Shown: piece by piece, positions 59,901 to 64,000 of the stretch | Layout of the letters: every line of letters begins with the position of its first letter | Numbering within the stretch: position 1 is the first letter of the stretch | Origin: Cyanophora paradoxa CCMP329 | Taxonomy: Eukaryota; Plantae; Glaucophyta | Length of the DNA stretch: 64,000 nt | Reading direction: 5' to 3' | NCBI GenBank assembly: GCA_004431415.1 | Contig: QPMI01000170.1 | Span: 1-64,000, forward strand | Translations under genes and position numbers: made by a program | Notes under the pieces: generated by a model | Databases searched by the model: none | The model's input: only the letters and a program-made list of their open reading frames with translations | What the model was told of the DNA's origin: nothing

Positions 59901-62900
59901 GCCCCTTCTCGAAGGCCTCGAAGGCGGCGTCCAGGCTCTTCACCGGGGCCGCGTACGACCCGGGCCGCCCCGCCCCCGCCCCGGCCCCCGCCGGCGCCGC
60001 GAAGGCCCCCACGAAGAGCGCCGCCGCCGCCTCGGCCGCCGCGGGGGCCTGCAGCGGGCAGTAGGCGGGCGTGCCGTCGGGGTAGAGGCCCTCGGCGCCC
60101 GAGGCGACGGCGTCGGGCATGGCCCCGCAGTCGGGGTCGTAGCAGCCCGCCCCGCAGTCGCACCCGTCCCCGGCCCCGTGCCCCCCGTTGCCGCCCCAGC
60201 GGCAGACGGCCGCCGCAGAGCCGCCGCCGGGGAGCGGGGCGGGGACGAGGGGCTGCCAGTAGGTGAAGTCGACGGGCGGGCGGCTCATCTCGAGCTCGTT
60301 CCCCGAGATCACCACGAGGGGGAAGGAGCCCGTGTCGCTGCCGGGGCCCGTCCGCACCACAAAGACCAGAGCACGGTCCGCCGGCACCTCCGCCCCGCTG
60401 CTCATCGGGATGAGGGCGGTGCGGTTCGCCTCGGACCAGCCGAGAACTTGCGCCGGCGCGGTGTCGACGAAGACCTGCATGCCGAGCGGGGGCCCGTGCA
60501 GCAGGTGGGACCCCCAGAGGAGCATGAAGGTCCCCCCCGAGGTCGGCCCCTCGCAGGCCTCCCCCGTCGCGTTCGCCAGCGCCGCGGCGGCCGTGAGCGG
60601 GCCGCCGTAGTCGGCCGCGAAGCACGTCACGCGGTCCACGCCGCTGTACGTGAAGCCGGCCCTCAGCGTGCTCACCCCGAAGGCGGCGGAGCTGACGACG
60701 ACGTCGCCGCGCCCGGAGCCGGCGCTCTGGAAGGCGCTCGGGGTGAGGAGGAGGAGGGTGGTGACCATGTCGGGCCCGAGCTCGCAGGCGAAGAGGTCCT
60801 GGGGGTCGACGGGGACGCCGGCGATGCGGACCCAGAGGACGTCCGCCACGCTGGCGGCCACCTTGGTGCCCGTGACGGCGACGAGGTCGCCCCCGTGGAG
60901 GCTCCCGTGCGCCGGCTCGACGGCGTCGATGCCCATGAGGAGGAAGCGGGGGACGCGCGCCGCGTCCAGCTCCACCCGCGCCCCCTCGAACACCAGCTCC
61001 AGCCCCACTGCCCGCCCCCGCCCCTCACCAGGCGCCGGCGGGGCGGGGCGCGGGGGGCGGGCGCACCGGGCCCCGAGCTGCAGGCGCGGGCGCTGGAGGT
61101 GACGCCAGAGACGCGCGTGAGGCTCTCGCTCTCGTTGAACTCCTTGGCGAGGATGCGGATGGGGGCCCCGCAGAAGGAGATCGCGAACTCCTCGGCGAGG
61201 GGCAGGCGGCCGCGCACCGTCACGCTCACCCCGCCCTCGATCGCCCCCTCCGCCGGCTCGATGTCCTCCAGCGTCACCGACGAGAAGGCCTCCGCCCTCG
61301 CGTACGGCCCCCGGCTCCGCGTCTGCACGCTGCGAGGCGGCGCGGCGCGTGAGCCGCGGGGAAGCGGGGAGAGGCCGGCGGGGGGCGGGGGCCGGCGGGG
61401 CGGCACCGGAGGGCGAAGACGCCGTCGATGTTGGGCGGGGTGAGGAGGACGAACTGGGAGGAGGAGAGGACCTCGATGGCGGAGGCGTCCACCGCCAGCG
61501 TCGTCGCCCCGTCCGTGAAGACGACCGGGTGGCACGGGCTCGGGGCCCCCGCCGGGCACGCGAAGTCGCTCAGGTTGCGCGCCGGGTCGACCAGCGAGCG
61601 CCCCGTGACGGTGATGCGCTGCCCCGCGAGGGCGCTGCCGTACGCGGGGACGAGCCGCTCGACGGCGCCGGGCTCCTCGAAGCTGTAGGCGAGGGGCGCG
61701 AGGGCGCAGCCGTAGCGGCGCGAGCACGTCTGCACGTCGCAGAGGCCGAAGGGCCGCGCGGCCTCCTGCTCCGGCGTCGTCACCTCGACGCTCCCGTCGA
61801 GGCGCTGCGCGTAGGCCCCCGCCGGGAGCGTCTCGTTGCAGATGCGGACGAGGGCGAGGTCCGCCGCGTCCCCGATGTCGGCCAGCCGCTCGCCGAGGAT
61901 GGTGAAGGCGTGCCCGCCCCAGACGGGGCCCCGGGGCACGGCGTACGGGGCGAAAGCGGCGATGGCGGGGGCCTCGTTGTACGCGTAGCTCTCGTTGAGG
62001 ACGGCGTGGCCCCGGCTCGTCGAGAAGATCTTGACGGGGACGGGCCCCGGGGGGTTCGCCGGCGTGGCGACCCGCACCCAGTCGTTGGTCTGCGCGTGCT
62101 CGCCGCCCAGGATGGCGGCCTCGGCGTCCCCGAACCAGACCCTCACGACGTCCCGGTCCAGCCCGAGGTTGAAGACGTTGATCTGCACGAAGGTGCCCGC
62201 GATGCTCCCGTCCCGCGGCCCGTTCGCGGGGGCGACCGACGCGATGGCCATCAGCGGGTTGTAGAGGTAGCCGCCGGCCAGCACCGACTCGCCGAAGAAG
62301 CGGCTGAAGACGCGGACGTTCGTCCAGTCCTCGGACTCGCCCTGCTGCGTGTAGGCCCCCGCCTCGACGATGATCACCGTGTCGTTCTTCGAGACGATCC
62401 GCGTCACGTTGACGCCCGAGAGCTGGACCTGCGGGCGCCGCGGTGGGCGCGGGGCGGCGCGGGGAGCGGGGCGGGGAGCGCGTCGCACCTGCGTGATGTC
62501 CTCCCCGGAGACGTGGCCGAGGGCGGTGCCGCGGATGGTGACGACGTTGCCGCCCTCGCGGGGCCCGTGCCGGGGCGTCGCCGAGGCGACGACGCCGATC
62601 TGGAGGAACGCCAGCTGCCGCACGAAGTGGTTGTCCGCGTGCACCAGCTGCGCCCCGCCGGCCTCGGGCGCGATCGCGACGGGCGGGGCCGGCGGGGGCG
62701 GGGCGGGCGGACCATCTTGCCGTACATGCGGTCGAAGGCGGAGGAGATGCGGGCGGCGAGGAAGGCGCGCCAGGCAGGGTCGACGTGGCGCTCCTCCGTG
62801 GAGGTCAGGTAGTCGGGGACGAGCACGTCCTTCATCACCGCCACCCCGCCCTTCTCCACCGAGACCAGCGCCGCGAGCGACGTCGCCCCGGCGGGGCGCA

Positions 62901-64000
62901 CGGTGACGGAGAAGGTGCGGAAGAGGACCTTGTCCCGCAGCGAGGCGTCCGGCACGAGGGAGACCCAGCGACCGCGGAAGCGGAGGCCGACCGCCGGCGC
63001 GTACTCGGGCTCCAGCGAGCGGTTGTACATGAAGCCCGTCGAGAGGTGCGTCACGAGCACCAGCGCCAGCCCGTCGTTCGCGCCCAGCTCGCCCCGGAAG
63101 CCGGCCGCCGTCGCGTTCTCCGGGCGCGCCTGGGCGGGGTCCCCGAGGGAGAAGGAGAAGCCCTCGCCGCCCTCGATGTCCACGTTGGTGCGGCCGCCCG
63201 AGGGGAGGCGGCCGGCCTGGTTGCCGGACGCTTGGACGGGCCCCCCGCCGAGGAGGACCTCGAAGGATGCGCGGAAGAAGGAGGGCGGCGCCACGGTGAT
63301 GACGGCGGCGTTGGAGCCGTTGCGGATCTCCGCCACGTTCGTCAGCTCCAGCTGACGGTTCGCCAGCGCGCTGCGGCCGACCAGCTGCGGGCGAGGGGGT
63401 CAGAGGGCGTCGCTCCGAGCAGCGCTGCGTTCGGGGGCGAGGGGCAGGCCTGGAGGCTGTTGCTGATGACGCGCTCCACGGAGAAGTCCGTCATGACGAG
63501 CTGCATGGCGGTGGGCGGCGAGAGGGGAAGCGGGGGGAGGGGCGGGCGGGGCGGGGGTCACGATGTTGGGGTCGGGGGCGCCCTCCCAGGCGAGGGAGAA
63601 GCCCCAGGTGCCGGCGGCGACGGCGTCGGGGTCCACCGCGCTCACGTTCGTCGCGAAGGAGACGAAGATGGCGGTGCGGGCTATCAGGCGCGCCGGCACC
63701 CCGGGGCCCCGCGTCTCCAGGATGATCGCCGAGGAGGGGTCGCCCCCGTCGTGCACCCGCAGCAGGTCCGTCGCCGGGTTCAGCACCGTCCCCTCCAAGG
63801 AGACCAGGTTGGGCCCGATGCCCGGCTGGATCACCCAGTCACCTGCGGCGCGACGAGGGTCTGGCAGGGCACAAAGCCGGGACGCAAGCGCGCGCGCGCA
63901 CGGTAGCCTCCGGCGATGTCCGAGGGGGAGCGCAGGGCGATGCTCCCGCTCGCCTCGCTAAGGATCGAGCAGGCAGACCAAAAAATGCGGAAGCCGCGCT
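50902..64000 (-). CDS. Giant cell-surface multi-pass protein (CUB-like, lectin-like, IPT/TIG repeats, Pmp-like beta-helix, Cys-rich repeats, C-terminal ~7-TM); 5' end beyond the window
   Basis: CUB-like (DWVIQP..DLLRVHDG..FVSFAT..GFSLAW); IPT repeats (P.HGPREGGNVVTIRG, PAYGSALAGQRITVTG, PAHGSLHGGDLVAVTG); many FxxN/GGA(I/L/V) motifs; CPPGTYS..CRPCPAGANC; CAFGYEGNLCAVC; TM region KIFTDYLQI, LFSCRDL..FLQQDMS, FSFLYR/GYEQRCWYWEIVVIIRKL. Several 1-nt indels in G-runs. 3' end approximate. Confidence 0.85.

Overview
Eukaryotic nuclear DNA: very GC-rich, gene-dense, with many short (~45-90 nt) spliceosomal introns. The ORF track is therefore mostly intron read-through and GC noise, and I re-spliced the genes by hand. 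A green-type Rubisco-activase-family gene next to a cyanobacterial-type NblB gene, both with Phe-motif transit peptides (MQAF, MACF), points to a glaucophyte such as Cyanophora (inference). Genes left to right: ABCC/MRP transporter (5' truncated), RCA2-like activase, NblB-like HEAT protein, synergin-gamma with a 15x66-bp repeat, proteasome RPT4, SK-type K+ channel, HPPD, a PHYHD1 pseudogene fragment, Shewanella-like phosphatase, GDPD, a peroxidase-like/DOMON/cyt b561/cyt b5/FAD-NAD(P)H reductase fusion, an IQ-repeat protein, NAD kinase, a LYR protein, a zinc-knuckle protein, and a giant CUB/lectin/IPT/beta-helix/multi-TM surface protein running off the right edge. Two candidates stand out. (1) The single-chain trans-membrane electron wire at 33314-39161, a DUOX analogue built from non-NOX parts. 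(2) A G/C-skew pattern phased to splice sites (G-rich around acceptors, C-rich around donors) that visibly governs synonymous codon choice, alongside frequent GC-AG introns with a G(T/C)(G/C)CGC donor. Exon boundaries and family calls are by eye and memory; no database search was run.
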